A model generated the notes under the pieces. The model ran no database searches and had not been told where the DNA came from. It saw only the letters and a list, made by a program, of their open reading frames with translations. A stretch of 64,000 bases of DNA from an uncultured bacterium (GTDB taxonomy: Bacteria; Chloroflexota; UBA5177; JANWHV01): assembly GCA_963729625.1 (NCBI GenBank), contig CAVSOU010000011.1, forward strand, positions 672,001 through 736,000. The letters run 5' to 3'. Shown piece by piece: positions 1-10,270 of this stretch (positions within the stretch are counted from its first letter, which is position 1; each line of letters opens with the position of its first letter). The position numbers were made by a program, and so were the translations under genes.

Positions 1-14
1 CGGTGCAGGTATTC

Positions 15-44
15 TTGACATCGCCCGGCGTGCAGGTGTAACGT
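15..44 (+). promoter_or_regulatory. Putative sigma70 promoter of the GH3 cluster
   Basis: TTGACA (15-20), 18-nt spacer, TAACGT (39-44), upstream of the 221 start. Confidence 0.5.
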
Positions 45-148
45 TTGGTGCGGGTGCCGAGAGTCCAGTATCGATAATTCAGGACACGGCGATGCCCGTG
101 GCCTCTGTGTGTGATAGACAGCACTGGTGCGTCGCCGCAGCGTGGAAG

Positions 149-165
149 CCGGGCAACGTTCCCGG
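149..165. promoter_or_regulatory. LacI-family operator-like palindrome
   Basis: CCGGGCAACGTTCCCGG is near-palindromic with a central AACGTT. Related TAACGT cores occur at 39 and 166. It sits in the leader of a sugar operon. Confidence 0.4.
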
Positions 166-220
166 TAACGTGAGGCGCGCTTGACTCCCTGATTCGCCGA
201 CACCCAGCAAAGGATAGCCG

Positions 221-2596
221 ATGAGCCAACCAGTCTACAGGGACGTAGCGGCACCACTTGAAGAGCGTGTTGCAGACGTGCTGGGCGCGATGACACTGGA
301 CGAGAAGCTCGCACAGCTCGGCTGTCTCTGGAGTTCCTCCTTTGTCGCCAACGGCGTGTTCGAGCCGACCGAGGCCCTCAAGCTCATGCCGCACGGCATT
401 GGCCAGGTGACGCGCATTGGCGGGGCGACTGCACTGCGACCAGGCGAGAGCGCCGAATTCATGAACGCCATTCAGAGGACGGTGATCGAGCGCACCAGGC
501 TGGGAATTCCCGTGTTCGTGCATGAAGAGGCGGTGGGCGGCCTGTCACAGCGAGACGCCACCGTCTTCCCGCAAGCACTCGGTCTCGCCGCGACATGGGA
601 TGCACCGCTCCTCGAACGTGTGGCCGGCGTGATCCGTGCACAGATGCTCGCGGTTGGGGCGCGGCTGGCCCTCGGGCCAGTCATGGACGTCGCACGCGAT
701 CCTCGCTGGGGGCGAGTCGAGGAGACCTATGGGGAGGATCCGGTGCTCGCCGGCACCCTCGCCGCGGCCTATGTGCGCGGACTGCAGACCGACAACCTGC
801 AGAACGGCGTGGTCGCTACCGGCAAGCACTTCCTCGGATACGGTGCGTCCGCAGGTGGTCGAAACTGCGGGCCGGTGCACGTCGGACCGCGTGAGCTGCG
901 CGAGGTGTATGCCGAACCCTTTGCCGCCGCCATCCGGCTCGCCGATCTCGCGGCCATTATGCCATCGTATTCCTCGGTCGATGGGGTGCCAAGCACGGCC
1001 GATCGTCGCGCACTTGCCGATCTGCTGCGAGTGGAGCTGGGATTTGACGGCTTGGTGGTATCCGATTACTGGGCGCTCAATCTGCTGTGCACCTTCCATC
1101 GGATCGCCGCGTCGCCGGGCGAGGCAGCGCGCCTGGCACTGCAAGCGGGATTGGACGCCGAGCTGCCGGCGCTCGATTTCTTCGCAGGCCCGCTCAAGGC
1201 CGAGGTTGAGGCCGGGCGCGTACCTTTATCCGCGGTCGACGAAGCGGTGCGGCGTGTCCTTCGCCTGAAGTTCCGCCTCGGCCTGTTCGAACGGCCGTAC
1301 GTGGATGTCGCGGCCGCCACAGCGCAGTTCGACACCTCTGAGCAGCGCGCGCTTGCACGGAGGGCCGGCGGCGCATGTGTGGTGCTGCTGCAGAACGATG
1401 GCATTCTGCCGCTGCCGCAGACGGCGCGCCGGATTGCCGTGATCGGCCCGGCTGCCGACGATCAACGCCTCCTGCAAGGCGACTACCATTATCCCGCCCA
1501 CCAGGAGATCATTTTCCTTAGATCTGATGGCACGGCGTCGTTCGACGATGCTCCGGCGGCAAGAGGTGCCTATGCACCCGGCCCGTACTACACGCCGCAC
1601 GTCACGCCCTTGGCCGCATTGCGCGCGGCGCTTGGTGATACCACCTTAGAGTATGTTCGCGGCTGTGGCGTGCTGGGAGATGACCGATCGGAGCTGGATG
1701 CCGCAGTGCATGCGGCTCAGGGAGCTGACGCTGCGGTTGTGGTGGTCGGCGGCAAGAGCGGGCTGATGCGACCAGTCACCGTCGGCGAAGGCAACGACGC
1801 CACCGATCTCGATCTCACCGGCCTGCAGGAGGATCTGGTAAAAGCCGTGGCATCTACCGGCACACCACTCGTCGTCGTCGTGATGAGCGGGCGCGTGCAT
1901 ACCCTCCACCGCATCTCGAAGTGCGCAAATGCGCTCTTGTGGACCGCGCCGTCCGGCGAGGAAGGCGGATCTGGGCTCGCGGACATCCTGACCGGTCACG
2001 TGAATCCGAGCGGCCGCCTGCCCGTGAGCCTGCCACGGAGTGTGGGACAGGTTCCGGTGCATGTCGGGAAGCGGGCGGCGTCACACCGTGCCGTGCTCCA
2101 CGAGGGATACGTGGACTGCCCTTCGACCCCGTTGTTCGCCTTCGGTCACGGCCTGAGCTATACCACGTTTGCTTATTCCGAGCTGCGTATTCGCGCCGCC
2201 ACGACGCTCGAGCCCGTGGAAGTCGATCTCGTCGTGGCCAACACCGGTCACCTGCCCGGCCACGAAGTCGTGCAGCTCTATGTGTCGGACGAGGTTGCGT
2301 CGGTGGCACGCCCTGATCAGATGCTGATCGGCTTCGCGCGCGTGTTCCTCGAGGCCGGCAGTTCCCAGCGTGTGACCTTCACTGTTCATCCATCGCGCCT
2401 GGCGTACTTCGACCTGGACATGCGCTTCGTGACGGAGCCGGGCTCATTCAGTGTGCAGGTCGGCGCATCGTCGTCCGACATCCGCCTGAGCGGCAGCTTT
2501 TGGCTTCAGGGTGAAACCGTCGAGTACCGGCAGCGCGATATCGTCATGACCGGTGTGACAGAGAAGGCTATCAGTTGCGGCAGGACAGCCACCTGA
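221..2596 (+). CDS. Glycoside hydrolase family 3 (beta-glucosidase/xylosidase) with C-terminal Fn3-like domain
   Basis: Motifs MTLDEKLAQL, ARDPRWGRVEETYGEDP, KHF, VVSDY (nucleophile), NPSGRLPVS, FGHGLSYTTF, EVVQLY. RBS AAGGA. Confidence 0.97.
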   Translation: MSQPVYRDVAAPLEERVADVLGAMTLDEKLAQLGCLWSSSFVANGVFEPTEALKLMPHGIGQVTRIGGATALRPGESAEFMNAIQRTVIERTRLGIPVFVHEEAVGGLSQRDATVFPQALGLAATWDAPLLERVAGVIRAQMLAVGARLALGPVMDVARDPRWGRVEETYGEDPVLAGTLAAAYVRGLQTDNLQNGVVATGKHFLGYGASAGGRNCGPVHVGPRELREVYAEPFAAAIRLADLAAIMPSYSSVDGVPSTADRRALADLLRVELGFDGLVVSDYWALNLLCTFHRIAASPGEAARLALQAGLDAELPALDFFAGPLKAEVEAGRVPLSAVDEAVRRVLRLKFRLGLFERPYVDVAAATAQFDTSEQRALARRAGGACVVLLQNDGILPLPQTARRIAVIGPAADDQRLLQGDYHYPAHQEIIFLRSDGTASFDDAPAARGAYAPGPYYTPHVTPLAALRAALGDTTLEYVRGCGVLGDDRSELDAAVHAAQGADAAVVVVGGKSGLMRPVTVGEGNDATDLDLTGLQEDLVKAVASTGTPLVVVVMSGRVHTLHRISKCANALLWTAPSGEEGGSGLADILTGHVNPSGRLPVSLPRSVGQVPVHVGKRAASHRAVLHEGYVDCPSTPLFAFGHGLSYTTFAYSELRIRAATTLEPVEVDLVVANTGHLPGHEVVQLYVSDEVASVARPDQMLIGFARVFLEAGSSQRVTFTVHPSRLAYFDLDMRFVTEPGSFSVQVGASSSDIRLSGSFWLQGETVEYRQRDIVMTGVTEKAISCGRTAT

Positions 2597-2710
2597 GCGG
2601 TCGTGCAGACCACCGATTGCGGCTTCGCGACGCCAACCGCCCACCTGGCGGCGCTCCGCCGTTTTGCCGAGGCTGTCGGTCTGCGTGATGACACCACTGC
2701 ACGGACTTGA
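2597..2710 (+). pseudogene. C-terminal shard resembling an LLM-class F420-dependent oxidoreductase
   Basis: Translates VVQTTDCGFATPTAHLAALRRFAEAVGL*, like LLM C-termini. No start codon. Confidence 0.4.
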
Positions 2711-2737
2711 TGGTACTGGTCTCCGTGTAGGAGTGAT

Positions 2738-3784
2738 ATGAGCACAGCTGACAGTCCCGCCACCGACCGCATCGCGCGGCGCAAGGCACACTGGGATGCT
2801 CTGGAGGACATGAGTGCCCCATGCACACCGGCCTGGGTGATCACGCTCGAGGGCGAGCTGGACGACCGGCCTTATCCCTGGCCCACGAATTTGCCGGAGC
2901 GCATCACGTGGGCGTGGGAGACCTACACCCGCGACCTCGAACGGCTCGAATGGCTGGAGGACGACAGAATCCCCTGCCTGGATCCGTACACCGGCACCGA
3001 GATATTCGCCGCTGCATTCGGCTGCAACGTGTACCGACCGGCGGATAATATGCCATTCGCGCTGCCGCTTATCGACAGCCCCACCCAAGTTGCGGCGGTC
3101 TCGGTACCCTCCATCGACGTCGAGTCACTGCGCATTCTCTTCGAGATAGCTGACGAGTTGCGGCAACGGGCTGGCCCCGACGCCGTCATGCGTCTGCCCG
3201 ACATCCAGTCGCCGTTCGACATTGCTGCCTTGCTGTGGGAAAAGAAGAGTTTCTACGTGGCGCTGCTGGATTGCCCGGATGCTGTTCATGAGTTGACGGT
3301 CAAGGTTGAAGAACTGCTGACCGCATTTCTAGACGAGTGGTTTCGTCGCTACGGTTTGGAGTGTGTGGCTCACTACCCACACTACTACCTGCGGCAAGGC
3401 GTGAGCGTGTCCGTAGACGAGGTGGGCGAGATCAGCGCGCGTATGTTCACGGCGCACGGTATGCCTGAATTGGTCCGATTATCGGACCGCTTCGGCGGCA
3501 TTGGCGTGCACTGCTGTGCCAATGCGCGGCACCAGTGGGCCAATTTCAAGCGCCTGCCCAACCTGCGCCTGCTCAATCTGTTCGGGCTGGAGCGTCCCGG
3601 GATCCTGCGAGAGGCTGCCAAGTGCTTCGCAGAACACGTCGCGCAACTGCACTACTGGGAGGAGCCGATCTCATCGTGGCTGCCTGCCATGCCGCCGACA
3701 GCACATGTTGCATTCGAGGTTGCCGTGCACGATGAAGAAGAGGCTCGACGAACAACTGCACAGCTCGGGGAAATGTATAAGTGA
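2738..3784 (+). CDS. Uroporphyrinogen decarboxylase / MtaA-CmuA-like TIM-barrel protein
   Basis: RBS AGGAG. Motifs PDIQSPFDIAALLW, VSVDEVGEISARMF and GIGVHCCA, typical of URO-D-like superfamily members. Confidence 0.75.
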   Translation: MSTADSPATDRIARRKAHWDALEDMSAPCTPAWVITLEGELDDRPYPWPTNLPERITWAWETYTRDLERLEWLEDDRIPCLDPYTGTEIFAAAFGCNVYRPADNMPFALPLIDSPTQVAAVSVPSIDVESLRILFEIADELRQRAGPDAVMRLPDIQSPFDIAALLWEKKSFYVALLDCPDAVHELTVKVEELLTAFLDEWFRRYGLECVAHYPHYYLRQGVSVSVDEVGEISARMFTAHGMPELVRLSDRFGGIGVHCCANARHQWANFKRLPNLRLLNLFGLERPGILREAAKCFAEHVAQLHYWEEPISSWLPAMPPTAHVAFEVAVHDEEEARRTTAQLGEMYK

Positions 3785-3860
3785 CAACCTCGTGAACGAA
3801 CCTCTCTACCAGCGGCAAGCCGCATGTATCGAAAAGCGTGCCTGTAGCCTGTCGGCGGCG

Positions 3861-6248
3861 ATGACTCAATCCGAAGTCGCCCCGGGGACGGGCCGGGATA
3901 CAGCAGACGTGGCAGAAATCTACAGGCTGCTCGGCTTCGCAACGATGAGCGGCGAAGATCCGCTGACCATGTGGGGCCGACTGAAGAACACTGCCACGTG
4001 GCTCGTCGGGCCGCTCTCGCCGGATTCCTGGGCCGGCCAGGTCTTCATCGCCGATCATGCCGATATCTTTGCCTTCCGCTTCCTGGCGTTGCCGGCCGCG
4101 TGGTCGCGCCAGTGCGACGGTGGTCGCCCCGCGCTGGCAGCGGCGGAGCGGTCCGCCGGCTGGTGGGCTGGCTCGGCAGGCTGGTGGGAGACGATCGGGC
4201 CCAAGGCGCCGGACGATTCCTATGCCAGTATGGTCTGGCAGATGCCGGACAGCGGGCCGCGCGTCACGTACGAGTGGGCACGGACCGACAAGATGGAAGT
4301 GGTCTGCCGCATCTCGTTGTCCGCCCCTTCGGATCTTGTCCTGCAAGCCTACGCCCCGTGGGATGATCAGGCTCCGCGCTTCTCGGCCCTCTACGCTGAG
4401 ACAGAGGACAGGCGCTTCCTGCGCGGGCGATCCTGGGTGCCGGGCACGCGCGACGGAATGCGGTGGGTACTGGGGTTCGGCACGCCTCCTGCTGACACCT
4501 CGCGCCAGGCTCTCGCCGTCGATGTTCCTGTGCGCGATCCGAATCGAGGCCGGTCGTGGCACGGTTACTTCCGCGACCTCGACGTACTTTATCTCTGCGG
4601 ACGCCAGGGGCAAAAGTACGACGATCTCGAGCGTGCAGTCGAGGATCGCCTCGACACCGGGGCCATCGACGCGGTGCTGGCGGCCAACCTGGAGCGTTAC
4701 TGGCGGACGCGGCCGACCGGGAGCGGCTGGCTGGCGGACGTTCCTGCCGCGATCAACGATCAACTGGAGTGGAACGAGGTCTACACGCCGCAACGCCGGC
4801 GGCCGTATATCACTGTCAGCCGCACCTGGGCCGAGGAGAACAACTCGTGCCCCGACTTTCTCTGGGACAGCTTCTTCAACGCGCTTCTCGTCTGCCAGGA
4901 GGACGAGGCCCGCTGCCTCGACATGGTGCGGGACATTACCTCCTGGCAAAACGAGCAGGGCATGTTCGCTCAGTACGGCCAGTGGATCAGTCACCCGGAG
5001 CAGTGGAAGTTTCCCGTGGCATGGGGGCACACCCAGTATCCGGTCGGCGCGCTTGCAGTGGCCAAGATCTACCTCAGACGCCCCAATAGGGACTTCCTGG
5101 AGGAAGTCTACCCACGCCTTCTGCAGGCACATCGCTGGTTCTTCGCCGATCGGGGCGACGGACAACCCTGGCGGGATGGTAACCGCAACGGGCTCCTCGA
5201 GCTTGGCTCGAATTACCCGGTCGAAATTCCCTACGAAGACCGGCAGCAGGTCGCTTATTTCGAGTCGCACGACGACAGTCCCCAGTGGTGGCACGTGGCC
5301 CGCTACAACGAGCAGACAGAGACGATCGAACAGGATGTCGTGGAGCGAAACTGTCTTTACACGATGGATTGTTGGATACTGGCCTGGATGGCCGACCTGC
5401 TGGGCCGGGCCGAGGACGCGCGGGCACTGCGCGCGGAGCACGCGACGATGGCCGAGCGCATCAACAGCCTGCTGTGGGATCCGGTCCGGCAGTGCTACTT
5501 CAATCGTCGCTGGCAAGCGCTGGACGGCAACGACTTCTATCCGCAGATGGCGCCGGACGTGTTCCTCTCGCTGTTGGGAAGAGTTGCCGATCCGGAGCGC
5601 GAAGCGCGACTGCGTACCCTCTTCCATGACCCGGCAAAGTTCGCCGGTCAATGGATTCTGCCGACCATCAGCCGAGACGATCCCGCGTATCCCGAGCAAC
5701 ACTACTGGCGCGGGAAGGTTTGGGCTCCGATCAACTGGTTGGTGTACCAGGGCTTCAAGATCTATGACTGGGATCGCGAGGCGCGGCTGCTTGCTGAGTC
5801 CAGCGCCGAGATGTTTCTGCGGCAGTGGCGGGAGCGCGGGCGCTGCTACGAGAACTTCCTGGCGACAACAGGCGAAGGATCGAGCGATCCGCACTATACC
5901 TGGGGTGCCATGATGGCGCTCATCGCGGTCGAGGAGCTCGTCGACGCGAATCCGTGGCATGGTCTCCGATTCGGCAATCTCGATCCGGTGGCGGAGGCGG
6001 CGATCAACCGGTACCATGTCGCCGGCTCAAGCTACGATGTTGCGCTGTCGCCTCAATGGCTGGAAGTACGCAGGGACAGCAAACATCTCTTCTCGGCCGA
6101 CGCCCCGGTCGAGATCCGGCACGTGCGCTATGAATCTGGCGCCGTCCATTTCCAGGTGCGTTCCCCCCGACCATGCGTGCTCAGAGCAGGCTCAGCTGCG
6201 CCGGCAGAGTATCCGGCCGGCCTGCTTGATGGGGTTGCCGGCTTGTGA
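3861..6248 (+). CDS. MGH1/GH63/trehalase-like (alpha/alpha)6 glycoside hydrolase
   Basis: Motifs FLWDSFF, DGNRNGLLE, ESHDDSP, YWRGKVWAPINWLVYQG, CYENF. Start moved to ATG 3861 (GTG 3792 also possible) because the track ORF overlaps the upstream gene. Confidence 0.85.
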   Translation: MTQSEVAPGTGRDTADVAEIYRLLGFATMSGEDPLTMWGRLKNTATWLVGPLSPDSWAGQVFIADHADIFAFRFLALPAAWSRQCDGGRPALAAAERSAGWWAGSAGWWETIGPKAPDDSYASMVWQMPDSGPRVTYEWARTDKMEVVCRISLSAPSDLVLQAYAPWDDQAPRFSALYAETEDRRFLRGRSWVPGTRDGMRWVLGFGTPPADTSRQALAVDVPVRDPNRGRSWHGYFRDLDVLYLCGRQGQKYDDLERAVEDRLDTGAIDAVLAANLERYWRTRPTGSGWLADVPAAINDQLEWNEVYTPQRRRPYITVSRTWAEENNSCPDFLWDSFFNALLVCQEDEARCLDMVRDITSWQNEQGMFAQYGQWISHPEQWKFPVAWGHTQYPVGALAVAKIYLRRPNRDFLEEVYPRLLQAHRWFFADRGDGQPWRDGNRNGLLELGSNYPVEIPYEDRQQVAYFESHDDSPQWWHVARYNEQTETIEQDVVERNCLYTMDCWILAWMADLLGRAEDARALRAEHATMAERINSLLWDPVRQCYFNRRWQALDGNDFYPQMAPDVFLSLLGRVADPEREARLRTLFHDPAKFAGQWILPTISRDDPAYPEQHYWRGKVWAPINWLVYQGFKIYDWDREARLLAESSAEMFLRQWRERGRCYENFLATTGEGSSDPHYTWGAMMALIAVEELVDANPWHGLRFGNLDPVAEAAINRYHVAGSSYDVALSPQWLEVRRDSKHLFSADAPVEIRHVRYESGAVHFQVRSPRPCVLRAGSAAPAEYPAGLLDGVAGL

Positions 6249-6350
6249 GACACGGAGTGACGGCGCTATCCGGCATACAAGCGGAATAGGAACACATGAA
6301 ACAGGCGTGCCCGCCCGAAACCCGAATGACTTGAGGTGAATTGCAGAGCC

Positions 6351-7655
6351 ATGACGAGCGCAGAAGCCATCCCCGCTCAGAGCCTGGATCTGATCGAGCC
6401 CGCCACTCTGTTACCGCCGGAGCTGGATTTCGACGCCGGCGATAGATCGGTGTTGCGCGAGATCGCTGCCGAGGTTGCCGATCTCCTGCGCCGGCCGATC
6501 GAGCTTGAGAAGCGCGACCACTGGTGCCGTCTGAACAAGCTCCAGCATGTACGGCCCATCGTCTACGCCTCGCCCGAAAACGCCTGGAACGAGATTCTGC
6601 CCCAGGCTTCACTGCGCTGCCGGGATTCTGTCGCGCGCGGCTGGGAGATGCGGCTGCGGCAGCAGACGTACTACGGTCGAGAGATGGGCGACGACTACGC
6701 GCTCATCCCCTATTTCGGGCTCGATAACGTCCACGAAGCGCCCGATTGGGGCCTTGCCGAGCAGCGCGTCGGCGACACGGCCAACGCCGCCTTCACCTGG
6801 ATCCCGCCGATCACCTGCGCCGCGGACGTGGCGAAGCTGCATCCGCCCATCATGCGCGTCGACTTCGACGCTACCAAGCACCTGGCGTCCCTCGCCCAGC
6901 AGATATTCGGCGACCTCCTGCCCGTGCGCGTCGTCTCTCGCTGGCCGGGATCGGTCGGATTGACACGAACGCTCGTAGATCTTCGCGGCATGGAACAGGT
7001 GATGCTCGACATGGTGGACGCACCGGAGATGTTGCATCACCTGCTTGCGGTCCTTAGAGACGGCACCGCGGCCCTCCTCGACGCGCTCGAGGCGCGGCAG
7101 CTGCTCGATCTCAACAACGACGGCGGCTACGTTGGCTCCGGCGCGCAGGGCTGGACCGACGAACTGCCGGCACCCGACTACACCGGCGTGGCACGCCTGT
7201 GCGACCAGTGGGGATTCGCCGACAACCAGGAGACGGTCGGCATCTCTCCGCGCATGTTCGAGCGGTTCATCGTTTCGTACGTGGCCCCGCTGATGGAGCG
7301 GTTTGGACTCAACTGCTACGGCTGCTGCGAGCCGCTGGAAAAGCGCTGGAACGTGGTCCGGCAACTGCCTCGCCTGCGCCGCATCTCTGTGCCGCCCGCA
7401 TCGAATCGGGAGAAGATGGCCAGCCTCCTTGAGGATCGCTACATCTTTTCCTTGAAGCCGAACCCTACGGATCTGGCCATGACGACGTTTGACGAAAAGC
7501 GTGTTCGGCGCGAGATCCAGCACGATCTCGAGCTCACGAAGGATTGCTGCCTGGAGGTCGTGATGAAAGACACGCACACTATCCGCAACGATCCCGGCAG
7601 GCTGCTGCGCTGGGTGCGAATCGTGCGTGAAGAGATCGACGCGGTCTGGACGTGA
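6351..7655 (+). CDS. URO-D/methyltransferase-like conserved protein
   Basis: Motifs LRGMEQVMLDMVDAPE, QETVGISPRMFERF, CYGCCEPL, VMKDTHT. Start could be GTG 6336. Confidence 0.7.
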   Translation: MTSAEAIPAQSLDLIEPATLLPPELDFDAGDRSVLREIAAEVADLLRRPIELEKRDHWCRLNKLQHVRPIVYASPENAWNEILPQASLRCRDSVARGWEMRLRQQTYYGREMGDDYALIPYFGLDNVHEAPDWGLAEQRVGDTANAAFTWIPPITCAADVAKLHPPIMRVDFDATKHLASLAQQIFGDLLPVRVVSRWPGSVGLTRTLVDLRGMEQVMLDMVDAPEMLHHLLAVLRDGTAALLDALEARQLLDLNNDGGYVGSGAQGWTDELPAPDYTGVARLCDQWGFADNQETVGISPRMFERFIVSYVAPLMERFGLNCYGCCEPLEKRWNVVRQLPRLRRISVPPASNREKMASLLEDRYIFSLKPNPTDLAMTTFDEKRVRREIQHDLELTKDCCLEVVMKDTHTIRNDPGRLLRWVRIVREEIDAVWT

Positions 7656-7671
7656 GAGGCACCATTGCGGG

Positions 7672-7790
7672 ATCTCCCGCGCCGCCTGCTCCAACCCCGC
7701 ACGGTCCTCGTCACTCACCGTGAACTCCATCCCGCCTGCTCCTTTCAGCAGCCAGGATCCCTCATCCATCCCTACGGTGCCATGTACTTA
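7672..7790 (-). mobile_element. Possible IS630-family left-end remnant
   Basis: AAAGGAG RBS followed by MEFTVSDEDRAGLEQAARE, resembling IS630 transposase N-termini, then runs into the end of the convergent gene. Confidence 0.3.
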
Positions 7791-8001
7791 GCGTCACGAT
7801 CGCGTTCGGCGAGGATCTCAGCTCAGGCCGCTGCGTGCTGTCCTGACGGCGAGCCGCAACCGGCCACGAACGTCGTGGCTGGACAGATCGCGTTGTTGCC
7901 CAGCACCGCTGCAACATGCCCAGAGGCGGGTGCGTGCCTCTGGCAAGGCTGCGGCGATGGTATCTTGACCCAGTGAGCGCACGCAGTAAGGAAGGACGGA
8001 C

Positions 8002-8916
8002 ATGGATATCGCGATCATGATTGAGGGCCAGATGGGGCTCACGTGGCCCCGCTGGCAGAGAATCGCACGGGCCGTCGAAGATCTGGGCTTTGCCGGGCTC
8101 TATCGCTCCGACCACTTCACTAATCCGGAGCCGCCGGACGAAGCGTCGCTGGAGCTGTGGGTATCGCTGACCTGGCTCGCCAGCCACACGTCCCGCATCG
8201 AGTTCGGGCCGATGGTCTCCCCTGTCTCCTTCCGCAACCCGGTGATGACGGCACGGATGGGCAGTGCCGTGAACGACCTCTCGGGTGGCCGCCTGCATCT
8301 CGGCATCGGTGCCGGCTGGCAGGAACGCGAGCACGCGAGCTTCGGCTTCGATCTCCTACCGCTGCGGCAGCGTCTGCAGCGGTATGCGGAGGGTCTCGAG
8401 GTCATCACGCGCCTGCTGCGGGGCGACGCGCCGGTGACCTACGAGGGCGAATTCTACCGCCTGCGCGAGGCAATGCTGTTGCCGCGACCGCAGCGGCCGG
8501 GCGGCCCCCCGCTCGTCATCGGCGGCAAGACGGGCGTGCTGCGATTGGCCGCCCGCTACGCCGACGAGTGGAACGCACCGTTTGCCACGCCGGAGGACTT
8601 CCAGTCCATGAGCGCGCGCCTGGACGAGTTGCTGGGCACGGCCGGTCGCGACCCGAGCACGGTCCGCCGCACACTGATGACGGGCCTGGTGTTTGGGCGT
8701 GACGACGCCGAGGTTCAGGCAAAGATGGGCAGCAGAGATGCGTCGATCGACGCGTTATGGCGCCGGGGCATCGTCGCCGGCACGGCGGGGGCGGTGGTCG
8801 AGCAACTGGGACGGCTGGCCGAGGTGGGCGTGCAGCGCGTGCTGCTGCAGTGGCTGGATCTGGACGACATCGACCGGCTGGAGGCGCTGGCGCGGGCAGT
8901 GTTGCCGCAGGGGTAG
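8002..8916 (+). CDS. LLM-class (F420-dependent) flavin oxidoreductase
   Basis: Motifs IEGQMGLTW, GFAGLYRSDH, LSGGRLHLGIGAGW, AARYADEWN. RBS AAGGA. Confidence 0.93.
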   Translation: MDIAIMIEGQMGLTWPRWQRIARAVEDLGFAGLYRSDHFTNPEPPDEASLELWVSLTWLASHTSRIEFGPMVSPVSFRNPVMTARMGSAVNDLSGGRLHLGIGAGWQEREHASFGFDLLPLRQRLQRYAEGLEVITRLLRGDAPVTYEGEFYRLREAMLLPRPQRPGGPPLVIGGKTGVLRLAARYADEWNAPFATPEDFQSMSARLDELLGTAGRDPSTVRRTLMTGLVFGRDDAEVQAKMGSRDASIDALWRRGIVAGTAGAVVEQLGRLAEVGVQRVLLQWLDLDDIDRLEALARAVLPQG

Positions 8917-9238
8917 GGTGGAGGCGACCCGCTAAAATGATGACCCACTGATCATGCTTGCTCCCTCAGTCCTGATGATCCGGTTGGCGGCCGCCAGGCT
9001 GGCTAGGTGCTGCGGGGTCGACTGGCGCGCCATGTCGGCAGGACCGACGGACGCTCTTGACCTGAGCGTGAACTGCACGGGTGCAGAAACGAGTCCTGCA
9101 GCGTCTGCTCGAGTGTGCCGCCGCCGGACCTGGTCTTGCGCCGCGGCACTGGCAAGCACTGGCCGGGCCGTCCGCCAGGTGATTCGGGGCTTCCGCCGCG
9201 AGGGCCTGGAGGTGTTGCTCGCTATACTTGCGCCCAGA

Positions 9239-9906
9239 GTGCGCCGCATCATCCGGCGCTGGATCCCTTTCACAGAAAGGAGGGGTAAGGAAGAGCAGAC
9301 CTCTGGGTCAACGGCTTACCTGGCAGCGAAAGCCAAAGGGGACTGTAGCATGCCGCTAAAGCGCGAGTGGTCGGAAGACGCGTAGGGCCACGTCGTGCAA
9401 GACCCGCGCGATAGGGTGAAAGCCGTATTGCCTGAACCGCAGCCTCCAGCGATGTAAGCAACCATCCTCTGGCAGCGCGTCTGACGCCAGGGCCAGCACG
9501 ATAGGGCGACTGACTTGGGGTCGTCCGAAGCTTCCGCGTGCTGGGCGGTCGGGCGTGACCCGACTCAAGGAGACGGACACGGCACCTACGTCGCGCTCGA
9601 GACGTCCAGCGTCGTGGGAATGCGGGATCGCCCGCCGTGCCGCGAGGCACAGGGCGACGGAGCCGCCGTAGTACTCCGCGCACGGGAGAGCCGTGTACAT
9701 GGGGAAGGGCGGCAGGTACATGCGGCCTGGGGAGATGCCGGTAGGCGAGATGCCGAGCGCCGAACTCTTCCGAGGCCATCGGCAGCACAGCGCTGTCGTC
9801 GTCAGGTGCTGGAAAGCGCAGTGCGGTGAAAGCCGCACGCTGCGTTTGGGGAGAGGCGGACAGAAAAGGCTTGGTTGTTCAGGACCTCGCTGGCCGCCTA
9901 CTCCAC
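9239..9906 (+). ncRNA. Group II intron ribozyme, ORF-less (~668 nt)
   Basis: 5' GTGCG at 9239; domain III-like GGGAGAGCCGTGTACATGGGGAAGGGCGGCAGG; domain V AAAGCGCAGTGCGGTGAAAGCCGCACGCTGCGTTT (9813-9847, AGC triad, GAAA tetraloop); domain VI stem GGCGG/CCGCC ending CTACTCCAC. Confidence 0.9.
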
Positions 9907-10270
9907 CCACTCGAGCAGGACCATGGGGACAGTGGCCGCACAGGGCCGTCATTTACAGATCGGCGCCCGATGCAACGAATGTTTGGATATGCGGAGGCGT
10001 CCGCGTGCTATCGCACCGAGTCGGCGCGGAGCGCGAGCGGCTCGTCGTGAGACCCGCGCCGAAGGCATGCATGCCAGATTGAGATCAACCCCATCAAGGT
10101 AGACCGTAGCCACGGGAAAGGCGCAGCTGTCCGCGATCCGTCGGTCTTGTCAGGCCTTGGTGCGATCCGGCGGACCACAGTTGATGGCAATACCGTCGGT
10201 CAGCTTCAGGGGTTCGTCGTCCAGCGATGGATTTGATTATGCGTGACGAGCGTCGACCGGCGATGCCGCA

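Noticed and set aside
2594-2710. TGA read-through extending GH3
   Set aside because: GH3 is already complete, there is no redox motif, and the downstream frame is better explained as an LLM remnant.
3573-6017. Long antisense and alternate-frame ORFs (814 aa, 618 aa; also 36233-37594 and 22416-23672)
   Set aside because: Shadows of real genes in high-GC DNA; Arg/Pro-rich with no motifs.
8954-10102. ORFs overlapping the 9.2-9.9 kb region
   Set aside because: The region is structured intron RNA, and the translations have no RT motifs.
10070-10230. Minus-strand VATVYLDGVDLNLA resembling a thermonuclease fragment
   Set aside because: Too short and interrupted to support.
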